Part shown: positions 49,501 through 62,262 of the stretch, in pieces | Layout of the letters: every line of letters starts with the position of its first letter | How positions within the stretch are numbered: position 1 is the stretch's first letter | DNA from: Fimicolochytrium jonesii | Taxonomy: Eukaryota | Assembly (NCBI RefSeq): GCF_025526975.1 | Contig: NW_026515679.1 | Span: 682,001-746,000, forward strand | Length of the DNA: 64,000 bases | Reading direction: 5' to 3' | Notes under the pieces: generated by a model | The model's input: only the letters and a program-made list of their open reading frames with translations | The model's database searches: none | What the model was told of the DNA's origin: nothing | Translations under genes and position numbers: made by a program

Positions 49501-51473
49501 CCGCATCTGAATCTTGGCTTCCTCCTGTGCTTGCCGGCGCTGCCGCTCTTTTTGCGCCTCGTCTTCCAGCATCTATAAAAGCCCTTCATCTATCAATGAC
49601 CCTGTCAAACACCTGGAGCGCCCTTGCTCGTCCTCATCGCTAGAGAAATCGCTAGAAATGCTAGACCATTCTGTATATCCGATACCTACTTGAGCAGGCC
49701 CTGGTGCAGCTCCTCCGTCCACATTAGGTCGTTTCAACTGCCGAACGCATTGATATTAGACTTTGGCCAAAGTGCATTGAAAACCGAATGGACATCACAC
49801 ATACCTCGACATAAGAAGCAGGGACCAACCCTTCCCTCCCCTTTTTCGAAATCAATCTCACAAACCACCACTCCTCATCCGAATCATCAAGAACCAACAG
49901 ATTGTCATTTTCCTTGATCGTCAACTCTTCCTCATTCGTGGCCTCATACTCATACAACGCGATGGCGATCTTCCGAGACTCCCCTTGTCCGTGTTGAGGC
50001 GTGCTCACGTGGGCGGGTGAGGCGACGGGGACGACGGGAAGTGGCGCGGCGGTTGTCGTGCGAACCGGGGACGGGGTGGAGGTGATGTTGGCGGGTGGAG
50101 TCGCTGAAGGCGGGGGCATGGACGTTCGGTTTGCGGATCTTGGAGGGGCGTCGTGGTGTGGACCTGAGCCTCCTGTTTGCCTCTGTTATGACAAATGTTA
50201 GCTTTTTTGCGATATTTCAGTTTGAAGTACGGAGTTGACATGCCTTGTTTTCGAGAGTTTGGAGCCTAGATAAAAGAGCCAGAACGTCCTGTTTCTCGCC
50301 TTCGAACTGGTGCTCTTCTCCCGAAATCTCCAGAATTAGCTTTTTCGATTTCTTTTCGCTGAACTTGCTGATCTGGCTCATCTCCCACTTCGACAACAAT
50401 GTTTTTGACTGAGGTTTGAAGAGGACAAAGTGATGAGCTCTGGCAACAATATTGACCTGTCTGTCCAAAGGATTCGGGTAACACACCTTCAAGTCTGAAA
50501 TGAAATAAAGAACAAACTCATCACTAATACCCATCAAACCCTTCCGGCTGTTCTTTTTCTTCTTCTTATCAACTTCCGTGACCGCATAGTAGTTGATATC
50601 CTCAGGTCCCAAGTTCTCGATAGACGTATGGCGAGGCGCCGCCTTTGGTCGATCGAATCCAAACCCTCCCAACGCCGACAGCAACTGCTTTTTCTGCGCT
50701 TCAGCATCTTCCACGCCACCGCCAGGATGTGACTGCGGCGTCTCCTTCACCGGGGAAGGAAGTGCAGCGTGGGCGGGAGATGGAGCATGATCAGCGTGCG
50801 TCCCGGCCCCATTGACGGCGGCTCCGTTGGTTTCGGCGACTTCTATGTATGTGGCAGGAACGAGTCCGACCTGATCTTCGTACCGGCCAAACCACCAGTC
50901 GATATCAGTGTTTTCGAAGATCTGGATCTGAACGTCCTCTGGGAAAGTGAGTTCTTCGGAGGTGGCAGCTTCGTAGTTGTATAGCGCAGTGCCAACCGTC
51001 AGCGGTTCTGCCTGAAGTGCGTTGTGAAATGGGGTTAGCTCGTTTCTGGAAAACCCCTGAGCGACAAGAAGACTGCTCGCATGGTTCATATCCAGACTGG
51101 ACCAACATCCAGGGCCCAGCACCCAGGATAGACCAGGGGCGTTCCAAGGTTGGAGCCTTGTATTGTTCATCGCCATTCCCAAGTCCCAAGTCCGCCCATC
51201 CCGAAAGTGTCACGCCATTCTCATCATCACCCCAGCTCCCTCTCCCTACCCAAAACCAAAACAAGCACACCAACCCACCTCCTTAACATAAGAAGCCGGC
51301 ACCAACCCCGTCTTCACATCAGCGAACGTATCCTTGGGCCGCTGCACGGCCATCCACCAGTCAGCATCATCCTTCTCGATGATAAGAAGCAAGTCGCCCT
51401 CCACGAGAGCGAGCTCCTCGTCCGACTGCGGCTCGTAGTCGTAGAGGGCTTCGCAGACGGCGAGAACTTTCAT
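46592..51473 (-). CDS. SLA1: Endocytic adaptor Sla1 (3 SH3, SHD1, SHD2/SAM, low-complexity tail), multi-exon
   Basis: SH3s ALYDYEPQSDEEL, ALYNYEAATSEEL, ALYEYEATNEEEL; SHD1 RWWTDRSGTFKVEAEY...LHKTNGVKIGVP; SHD2 FDWKEFLISAGV...LGVSEGDILRI. Confidence 0.93.
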
Positions 51474-51847
51474 GGTTGCGGTGAGGATGGGATGGGGATG
51501 GGAAGCCTTTTCGGGCGTGGGAATGTGGGAATGGGAATAGGAATTTGTGACGGGTCAAGTCGATGGAAGACAAGGACGGCCTGTGGAAGCTGAGCGCCTC
51601 TTCAGGAGTCGATATGCCGTTGACTCTGGTGGTAACGATACTATATGTGGCCTGTGGATGTTTGTGTGTTTGCGGTCCGGAGACTGGAAGATGGCGGGCA
51701 GCGAACGGGAGCGCCACTTTGAGTTGATGGGAAGTTGCGCCGTTTAAGGGCGGTGCCGAAAGGCTCCGGATCGTGGATTGGAGTCAAAGGTCCAGTAGAA
51801 CTCTCACAATTCCTTCCCCCATCTCCCCTCTCCACACCACTCCCTAC

Positions 51848-52715
51848 ATGCCGACCATCCGCCCAACCTACACCCTCCTAGCTCTGCTCGCCTGCACAGT
51901 CTTCATCCTCACCCTCGCAGCATTCTCCCAAAACTCCTCCGCCCTCTCCGCCCTCTCCACCCGCTCCTCGTCCTTCGCTCTCAGCAACAACATCCCAAAA
52001 GTTCCAAATGCCGCTAATAAGCTGGGCACAGTATTGTCGGGGAGGATAGGGGCAGGGCAGTTGCAGGCAGTGAGAAAGCCAGGGGCGGTTATTATGAGCA
52101 AGATGGGGAATGAGACGTTGAAGTGAGTATCTCACATCCATGTGCGTTTCGGCTGTTGGAACACCTTTTTTTCCCACAGCCGGTGGAATTGCCAACCTAG
52201 CACGATCATATATAGGATGGATAGACGACTGATGCAGCTTCATTGCAATAGGGCCGAACTAGGCCGAGCTGCATGGCGCGTGCTGCACACCATGGCCGGC
52301 AAATTTCCCGAAGAGCCCACCGAGGACGAGCAGACCGCTATGCGCGATTATATATACCTGTTTGCGAGGTTATACCCCTGTGGCGACTGGTGCGTTCCCA
52401 CCTCCCATCCCCATGATTCTTATCCCTGCCTTCATCCATCATCTCACAAAATCCGATGATCTGATTCCCTTCAGCGCCCGCCACTTTGCCCAAATCCTCA
52501 CCGCCCTCCCGCCCGACGTCACTTCCCGCGCGACCATATCACAATGGGCATGTCAGGCGCATAATAAGGTTAATGAGCGGTTGGGAAAGGCGGTCTTTGA
52601 TTGTGTGAGGGTGAATGAGGAGTGGAAGTGTGGGTGTGCGGAGGAGTTGGGTGGTGCTGGGGATGGGAAGACGATGACGGTGGTGGAGAAGGATGCGGTG
52701 AAGCCCACCGGTTGA
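51848..52715 (+). CDS. ERV2: ER FAD-linked sulfhydryl oxidase Erv2, 3 exons
   Basis: N-terminal TM; IMSKMGNETLK|AELGRAAWRVLHT...LYPCGDC|ARHF...WACQAHNKVNERLGK...WKCGC. Confidence 0.95.
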
Positions 52716-53226
52716 CGATTGAGACATTTTTTAACTTTGAAAGGACCCTTTATATATAGAATCACAGACACTTGTTCCTTTTTTTTTGGAATAGAGGCAG
52801 GATTAGACTCGTCCGTTCTTCGGACTGCTACAATATACGAGGACATTTGGCAGAATGTCACCAGAATGCGATTCTGTCTCTGGCAGGAACTTGAGGTCGC
52901 GTAATACTGTAAATGTAGGGTTTGCACAGCCACCCAGCTTCCGCATTAGCCCAAGTTTGTCAGAGGAGTGTGTTCTCCAGTTCCCCATTGCTTAATCACG
53001 CAAGACTCCGGATACCCCACCAGTCATTAGACCGTCAATAAGAGTCACCACAAGATAGGCCACAGGGGCTTCCAATTCAGCCTCAGCTGGGAAGCCGCCC
53101 GCTGGAGAAACAAAAGCATCCGGAGAGAGACAGAAGCTTTCCAGACTCCCAACCTATCGAAGCAATCCCTCGGCACAACACAACACACACTCCAACCCTT
53201 CTCAACCCAACAACCTCGTATCAGCA

Positions 53227-54452
<1,226 letters not shown>

Positions 54453-55805
54453 TCGAGAGTTCACCTAGCACACAGTTTCGTTGCCGGATTCCCCCACCCA
54501 TTTTACGCTCGCTCGGTTCTTTTTGTCCGTGTAGTATGAAATATGATCATGGCCAGATATCTATTCCCCTTTCTCTGCATTTGGATCTGTTTGGTGGGAA
54601 CTTTCGTGGCCTGCCTTTGTTGCTTAGTCGTCTGACGCTGTGTCAAACGCTCTCCACATAATGTTCAATTATGTGTGATAATTTCATATGTTTCGCGATC
54701 ATGGAGACGCCAGTGGTTAGCCTGAGGGAGAGGAGCCTGAGGGAGAGACCACCTTTCAGGCATAAAAGGATGCGGGTTCTGGAGGGGTGCTGCGTCCCCC
54801 TCTTGAGAATTCGGGCGTCTCAAAGGCTAAGACAACAGGTGAGATTTTCGCAAACCTCTCATTTTTCCTACGTGTTGGACTAAGTGAGGTGACCCCTCTA
54901 CGTAACAGACAACTTCTCTATGATCTTGAATTACTCAGTGCCGCAAGTCCACCCCACTCTCCTTGCACTACCGTCGACAAGTCGCAAGCCGCCGAGTCAT
55001 GTTTTAGGGTAGAAAGATGTATCACCCACGTAAATACAATAGGATAGTAGGATAGACGCCATGGCTCGCGAGTACTTCACGTCTATGTGTGTGTGTGTGG
55101 GGTATGGGCTCGTCGGTGGTTTCCGTACAATCAGTCTCTACCCCTGCCCCAAAAATCCGCATGGAGATGGTTCCACATCACAGCTTCGACTCCTAACAAA
55201 CTATCGAACACATGTGGCGGCAATCGCATATCCCCCACCCATATTCTTCGTCATGTTTGGCGGATGGATCAATTACACTGGCACAAACAAGTGAAGATCA
55301 TCTGAAGCCTATGCGGGTCTCCAGACCTGCCCATGCAAACAGAGTTACTCCCCCATCCACATCGGAGTATTGTCAGAAGGCCGGGCCAACGGAAGCCATG
55401 ATCCGGTCAATCTCACGACTGGCATTACAACTCTTACTTACACAGGATATCCCCAAGTGACTAGAAACCAAGCTTCGTCCCAAGATGGATTTGTCCCTGC
55501 CATCAAGCCCCGTCTTAGGTCTAGCTTTACACACAAAAAGGAGAATCTATGAGAAAGGGGCACGGCGTGGACCCCTGAACCATGCGCCCAAAGTGCTACC
55601 ATGCAGGGCGGGTGGATGGTTGTATACGGGCTCCACCAACGGGTGAGCACTTCTTTCCTTTACCATCGCGCGTATCACCACCCAGCCACGCGTTTGCGAA
55701 CGCACTCGGGATGCTTCAACAAGGTGGCGGCCAGGAGAAGGAAGAAATGCCTTTGCAATAACATAAAGCTCACTAGCGACCATCCGCAGCGACAAAGGCG
55801 TGGCT

Positions 55806-58023
55806 TCAAAGCGTCTTCTTTACTGTTGCCGATTCTTTCTTTCCCGCTGCTGATCCCTGGGAAGGCCGTCTCGTCGTCGTCACAGGAGGCTTGTCAGGGG
55901 TAAGGGCGCCCGGAAAAACGGTCCGCAGTTGCGTCAAAAGCGTCTTTTGGTTTGGGGTGACCGGAACTGAACTATGCGTCTGAAACGCATGCGCTCGTTG
56001 GTGGTCCTTGATTTTGTTGACGTGCTCTTTCAGGATGGTCTTCAAATGAGAGAACCCCTAAAAGCACCGGCTCAAAAACCACAGATTCTCCGCCGAAGTG
56101 ACAACGGGGATCTTGCCGAGTGACACGTAAAATGTGAGGTTTGAATGCAAAATGACTTTGAAGAGCTGAAAATAAAGACCATCGGGAGAAATCATGGTGT
56201 AAAGAGTGGGTAGCGTGCCGTTCCAATCGAACTCTTTGGCATCATCTTTCAGATGTGTCAACGCACGACAAAGGCCGTCGGCGAGCTGCAGGTCACGTTT
56301 TCCTGGCTGTGCATGTGGCGTTTTCAGTTCTCCGAGGAGAATGGGTCTGCCCAGAGCTGTGATAGCGATGTCGGGTCTCTGGCGATCCACCATGGTTGAG
56401 TCAAACCGAATATCCCATCGAGGCTGCTTCAGGCGGTTGAAATGTGGCACAATATACTTTGCAGTGTACGATGGTTCACTTTGTGGCGTCGGCGGGTCCA
56501 TTGAAAGATGAGGGAAGATGGAACGTATCATATGCTGCTCTTCGTAGTCCAATGCTTGGAGACCAGATTTGTCATCAAACGTAAAAAAGCCGCAGTCCTG
56601 GTCCAGAATTGAGAGTTCAATATCCTGAAGAGCTGACACCAAAGCCGATGAAGGCGGCACTGTCACTCCTTTGTGCCAAAATGCGTCCGCCCCTGCGAGA
56701 TGCTGATATACTTCTTCCCATTGTTCCCGCGTGATGTAGCGCTCATAAGCCGTGGGGAGGTGACGTGAAACCAACAGGCCACGCTTCAAGGCCACGGCCA
56801 TCAAGGCATCGTTTGGTCTGAAAGAACGACGCATGGCTGGTCGCTGCTGATCGAGAACGATATCACGCATCAGACGACGATACAGTTGAGATATGTTAAC
56901 TTCTTCCAGAACAAGATCATCGTCCATTGCTTCATCTTTCCCTTTGAAAACGGCCTCTAGCCCGGGTACACCATCAATGAAAGAAGCGTCCACTGCTTCA
57001 TCGTCGGGTACGGCCTCCAGCCCAGGTACACCGTCTCTCTCCGGTCTTGCTTCATTTCCTTGCAGCCTTCGCCGTTTGTTGCGCCGCTGTCTCTCGTCCG
57101 CTGACACCTCGCAGAAATCTTCCAAAACCACGTCTGCGACGGCCTTGCGAATTTTCAATGTCTTCAGATAGTCTTCGAATGCTTTCTTCGTAGATTCCCG
57201 TCCCTAATACATTGAAAAGGCATGAGGCATTAGTGGATCTATGCCCTCAAACGCCTGTCCAGCCCTTGGGTAATGTTGCTCTCCAAAGGGTCCGCTCGAA
57301 TCACAATGTACACCCCCTTTCCGCGGCTGATTTTGGGTGAATCAAGAAGGGTCAGGGTTGCAACATTCCCGCGGGCTGGCCAATGACTACTGGGTGATGC
57401 TCCTCTCCAAAGGGTCCGCTCGAATCACAATGTACACCCCCCTTCCACAGCGGATTTTGGGTGAATCACGAAGGGTCAGGGTTGCAGCATCCCCAGCCCC
57501 TCACCGGCGCAACCATGGGTCGATAATCGCAGGTTTGGGGACTCATAGCCATTGTTTGAACAGGCAATAATTGTTCTGACAAAAAAAAGCTGCCATGTCA
57601 CTGCACGTACCAGATTCCTCAAAAAGTTTCTCACATTGACCTTGTGCTCTGGCGTATGATAGACGTCGCGCAGACACCTTATCCCCGCACAAAAATCCTC
57701 TTGCAGGTTTATGGCAGCGCTTGCATGCAGCACATCCCGGTTTCCGGATTGGCTGATCTCCATATATATGCCGATGTAGCCCTGATGGTTGAAGCGACCG
57801 GCCTCAAAGGCCGCGAGGAAGTCGTCAATGGTAATGCCATACCCTTCCTGAAGGGGGGAAGAGCAGGACGTATGTTCCTGAGCACAAGGCGAAACGCACA
57901 GAGGGGGATTTATCAGAATCTCACCAGGGGAAAGCTGATCTTGGCTTCGCTCACTTCGTCCTCGGAGGCTGTGTCGTGCTCGTCTGCGCCATCGTCGTAA
58001 CAGTGCTTGTCGCCCCCAAGCAT
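55806..58023 (-). pseudogene. PD-(D/E)XK restriction-fold nuclease-like gene; exons 58023-57925, 57847-57611, 57203-55806, with in-frame TAG at 56058-56060
   Basis: Phase-0 GT-AG introns join MLGGDKH...ISFPL|EGYG...FLRNL|GRESTKK. Motif SEPSYTAKYIVPHF...RQRPDIAI...LLGELKTP. ORF 55806-56045 continues in the same frame after one TAG. Confidence 0.7.
57267..57494. repeat. ~124-bp-period tandem duplication inside intron 2 of the nuclease-like gene
   Basis: Two near-identical copies of ctctccaaagggtccgctcgaatcacaatgtacaccccctt...gattttgggtgaatca.gaagggtcagggttgca. Confidence 0.9.
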
Positions 58024-58710
58024 GATGACGGAGGTGGTGTGCGTCCTGTACTGTACACACTGTTGATCAAGAAATCACAATTCTATGGCTGCAAAGCAGA
58101 CAGAGCTCGTCGGATGGTGTCCCGTACGGGGGAAACGCGCAGGGCTCATATGACCAGCGGGCGCGACGCGTGCCGCATCTGACTGACAGTGACTGTTCTT
58201 CACCTGCCTACTGCCTCCACCACTATACGTGAGAAATTTTTTCTTTTGACCAGCTGGGGATAGTCAGCTACATGCCACGGTTGAACCGGTAATGCTGTGA
58301 GTGCCTTTGGGATCTGCCTGCGGCTGATGAGTTGCAATCTCTAGCTCCACATGGGGGTTGGGGTTAACCCATTCGTTAACCCATTCCATGGAGAGAGACA
58401 TTCCTCTAAGGTAGAGACTGTCCACTGGCTAGTAAGGATAAAGGCATTGCAGGGGCTTTGCAGCCATAGCAATCGCCCCGCCTACGGCGGCTCTCTGTAC
58501 AGTATGGGACTACAGTACAGTAATGTATGTCTGCGACCTTCGGCACACTGTCCGGCCGTCCGGACGTCGCGACCTGAATAACCCGAACCCTACGTAATAA
58601 GGATTCTCTGATGGCGCGACGCGACTCACTTTTTCCTCGCCTTCGCCACCCGTCGTTTTCATGCCCGACCGGAACTCAACTCCTGCCGATTCAGCGCACA
58701 CCGGCAACTA

Positions 58711-59123
58711 CCCGTGCCAAGGTCTCGTATCATACTCGCCCGCAGTCGCGCCGAGGGCGCTCCGGCGGCACTCTCTTCCAGAGAGTGCCGGACAGTTCAA
58801 CGCAAAGGACAGTCCAACGCACTTTTCTAGCTTTTCTTAAGAAGGGTTAGCTGATTTTTGCTGCGGATGGTCCGATGTCTTTAGTGGCCCAAAGCCCGGG
58901 TACGACGCGTCAAGGACACATCATCCCGAGCATAGCCACCAGCAGAAGTCACCGGCCTGCCTGCACACCTGAAGAAGTACGGAAATTGTCGTTGACTTTT
59001 GGGTTCCACAAACACCCCCAGAAAAGTGCGTTGGACTGTCCGGCACTCTCTGCAAGAGAGTGCCCGGCTTCACGCACCGCGGGAAGTACCGGGTCGAGTA
59101 TGATACGAGACCTTTGGCACGGG
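58711..59123. mobile_element. Non-autonomous TIR element (MITE), 413 bp, TA target-site duplication (Tc1/mariner-superfamily type)
   Basis: TA|cccgtgccaaggtctcgtatcatactcg ... cgagtatgatacgagacctttggcacggg|TA; imperfect TIRs of ~105-118 bp (58711-58828, 59020-59123), each with an internal palindrome ggcactctc...gagagtgcc. Confidence 0.9.
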
Positions 59124-60209
59124 TACGAAGATGCGACTTACCATCCTAACATTCCGGTTTATCCCACGATCAACAATCTGATGGTGACCCCGCAGGTCTG
59201 GGAACCTCGCCGTGCCGTGCACAGGAAAAAGAGACAGAGGAGGCGGAATCAGCGCCGCATGGGGGTAATCCAATTTAGATGGGATCCGTGTCCCGCACCC
59301 ATTGGGCCGACTGCTCCGTGGAGGGCATAGGAAGAAACTGTACTGCTGCGGCAACAGATTCATCCCTGGGGCAGGTTGGGTCTCTGGGAATCCAATCTGT
59401 AGGACGGCGGTGTCTCCGGTGCGGCGCTGGCAACAAATCAAACTGGCAACAAATTACGCAATATCGCTTGTTTGCAAGCAACGCCTTGCCGTGTTTGGGG
59501 GGCAGGCATTGCTGGACAGAGATATCAACGAGGCGTCCGTATTCCGCTCCCTATTCTGGACGTATGCGTTTTTTGGCGGCCACCGCTTTGCCTGGAATCT
59601 TCCCCCTGGATTTGCCTACACCCTGCCTCCCCCCGCAATGTGGGCGTAGAACAGAGGGCCGCTGGCACGCTGAACAGCGTGCATCGATAATATGCCGAAA
59701 GGCAGCAGGCTATTAGGTTAGGTCCGGGACGTTCAGAGGAAACTTGGCAAGCTGGGGTCCACGGAAGCAAATTCTTTGACGAAATGCATACTACAGTTAT
59801 ATAATAGTAGATGACCAGCTGCTTAGATGATGTTCTTCATCTGTGTTCTACGACGTGCGGGGAGGTGGGTACTGCGCTCAGGGTGCTCACATTCGAATGG
59901 TTGTGGGCGTTAGTCCCGCCGTGGTGCCAACTGCTGCATATAATAGCGTAGGAATCATCATGATGTACAGTCAGTGGACATAACGCTGTGTGCACCATTG
60001 AATTAAATCAGCGACTGCCGCGACGCCAAATTCACATGAGGTGTCTAACCCTGATCCGGGATTGGTGAATAGCCTAGGTAAGGGTAACTTTCGATGGCGG
60101 GACTTCTCTGAATGGTAATGCTCACCCGACGGACTATTCTAACAGGCGTGGCGATGGTGAAGACTTCCTGCCCAAGCTCGGTTAGCTTAAGGAGGCGCGA
60201 AACGCAAGA

Positions 60210-60600
60210 TACAGGATATTATTCCCTTTTCCGTCTGCAAGACGGTAGAAATGTGAACATCCTCACCGGCATATGCCTAGCTAGCGATGCCAGCGGCAAT
60301 CTACTCCTCGATTCATGCTCATCATCAGCGGCTCGGGCAATGACGGCATCGGCTCCTGTAGCAAGTATTGAGCAGCCAGGAGGGGCAACCCAGCAGCCAG
60401 GAGGGGAAATCCAGCAACCCGGAGGCGATAAGTGATCCCACCGCAACGTACAAGAACTCCACCAGCATGGTGCCCGTTAGTGCAGGAGCGGCCGGTGGGG
60501 TTGCAGTCCTGCCCGCAGGAGTAGGTGTTTTGTTTGTGCGGAGACGCAGAACCAGATTGACCGGTACTGTTGCATTTCATATTCGTTTGCGGACGCTCTG
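60210..60600 (+). pseudogene. Remnant of a single-pass membrane protein gene (possible ricin-B-like fragment, QQPGG repeats, TM + RRRR)
   Basis: NILTGICLASDASGNLLLDSC in one frame and AGAAGGVAVLPAGVGVLFVRRRR in the next; 21-bp repeat cagcagccaggagggg. Confidence 0.3.
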
Positions 60601-60850
60601 ATACTGGCCGTGATGATAACTCCCGTGAATAGCTTTACACCCCCAATTATGAGAATGCCTACAGCACGTCCGTTTTGGAGGTGCCTGGCAGATTCGGCGC
60701 ATCCCTTCAGCTGTCATTCTCGAAGTTGGTTCCCTTGAAATTCGGTGACGACGGGCTCGGGAGGTTCTTGGCAATTGATCCAGGGAAATCTCATCAGGAC
60801 CTGCCCTGGACCTTCCAGTCTTATCCAACGCATCCCAGGGACATCTTCGG

Positions 60851-60872
60851 AACCCTAACCCTAACCCTAACC
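60851..60872. repeat. Interstitial telomere-like (CCCTAA)3 tract
   Basis: aaccctaaccctaaccctaacc. Confidence 0.85.
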
Positions 60873-62262
60873 TGTTTTCGTGGGAAAACGCATATGGGAA
60901 AGAACAGAAAGGGGAAGGTATATCGTGGTACGTGTACGTAGTCTGCGGATAGTGGTAGGTGCGCAACGAACTTGTAGTGGGGTTCCGAGACAAGCAAGGG
61001 AACCCTCTGCAGCATCCAGAAACGTTGCTACCACCCCACGGGCCCAGGCAATGGCGAAGACGGCTTATGGCACATACCCTGCAGCAGAGAGAATGAAGGT
61101 GTGAGAATGGCGTAGTTGGAAAGAGGAGACCCGTTTTAGTTAGCGTGCGCAGTCTCAGAATTCAGGGGGAGAATCAGATCGCAATGTTGGGAATTACCTC
61201 ATTACCCATTACCCCATTACCTCGGTTCACACGGTCCCCCTCGCGCTGCCATACCCATCCTCTCACCCACGCCCGTCATCCTCAATGCCCGCCTCAGTGC
61301 CCTCTACAACCATTACCAAGGCTTGCTCCGCTGCATACACCACCGCTTGCGCCGCCGCTTGCTCGGCTTCTTCTGCTTTTGCTGATGCTCGGTCTCAGAC
61401 TCTGAACATGTCGCCGGAGCTGCACAGGCCGGTTGGTAATCACTATTGCAGGTGGGGCCGAAGAAATGCAGGTGGGGCCGGTGCATATGAACTGCTGTTG
61501 GTTCATTGCTCTGTTTTCACTGCTCGTTGCGGGCTCAGTGTGATCTGGCGATTGCAAATTGTTAGAGTGCTATGAACCCCGCGACATGTGCTGTGCTGTT
61601 TCCCCTCCTTTTGAAAGTCTCTCGGTCTTTCGGCAGGTGCGCTCGTGGAGGTTCCGAGTGAACCTCCCCTGGAGGGACGTCGCGAGTTCATGCAATTCTC
61701 CACATGCGAGGTTTGGTGAGAATGTCTGTGGGCGGAGAATGTACTGGAAACGTCCACCAGAAAACCGTGGATGGAAATCTTCGTAACATTTGCTCTTCAG
61801 ACGATTATGTGACTCTGCTTAATGAACGGCTTGTGACTGCGATGAATCTCTATTGCTGTGACAAAATGGATTGAACCGCATCTTGTATCTTTTTCATTTG
61901 GCCTGTTGAATAATAAATCTGTGTGGTTGCCGTCTGGATGGCCTGCAATGCAAAGCGAGACGTCGGAGTTTCGCATGTTCGACGCGTCACGCGTTCGTCT
62001 CCGCGCGCATCGCTTTCCACTGTTTTAGCGCCTGACGACGACTAGATGACTGTATGCGCCCAGCTCAAGTTCACAGTACAGGCCCAGAGCTTTGGTTGAA
62101 GTAATCTTATCATCGGTCTCCACTCGAATGGACCCCTTTTCATTACTGTTATATAACCCGCCTCATCGTTTTCGGAGATGAGCTATATCATTGTTGAATT
62201 GTGCTAGCTGGAAGTGTTTCTTGAAGAACTATCCGAGTCCGTGGCTGGATCAGTCCCGATGT

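Noticed and set aside
54719..54747. 15-bp tandem repeat agcctgagggagag
   Set aside because: Two copies only; simple slippage with no further structure supported.
56058..56060. TAG reassignment (alternative genetic code)
   Set aside because: TAG terminates conserved genes here (dynein, SUA5, UBC4) at the expected positions.
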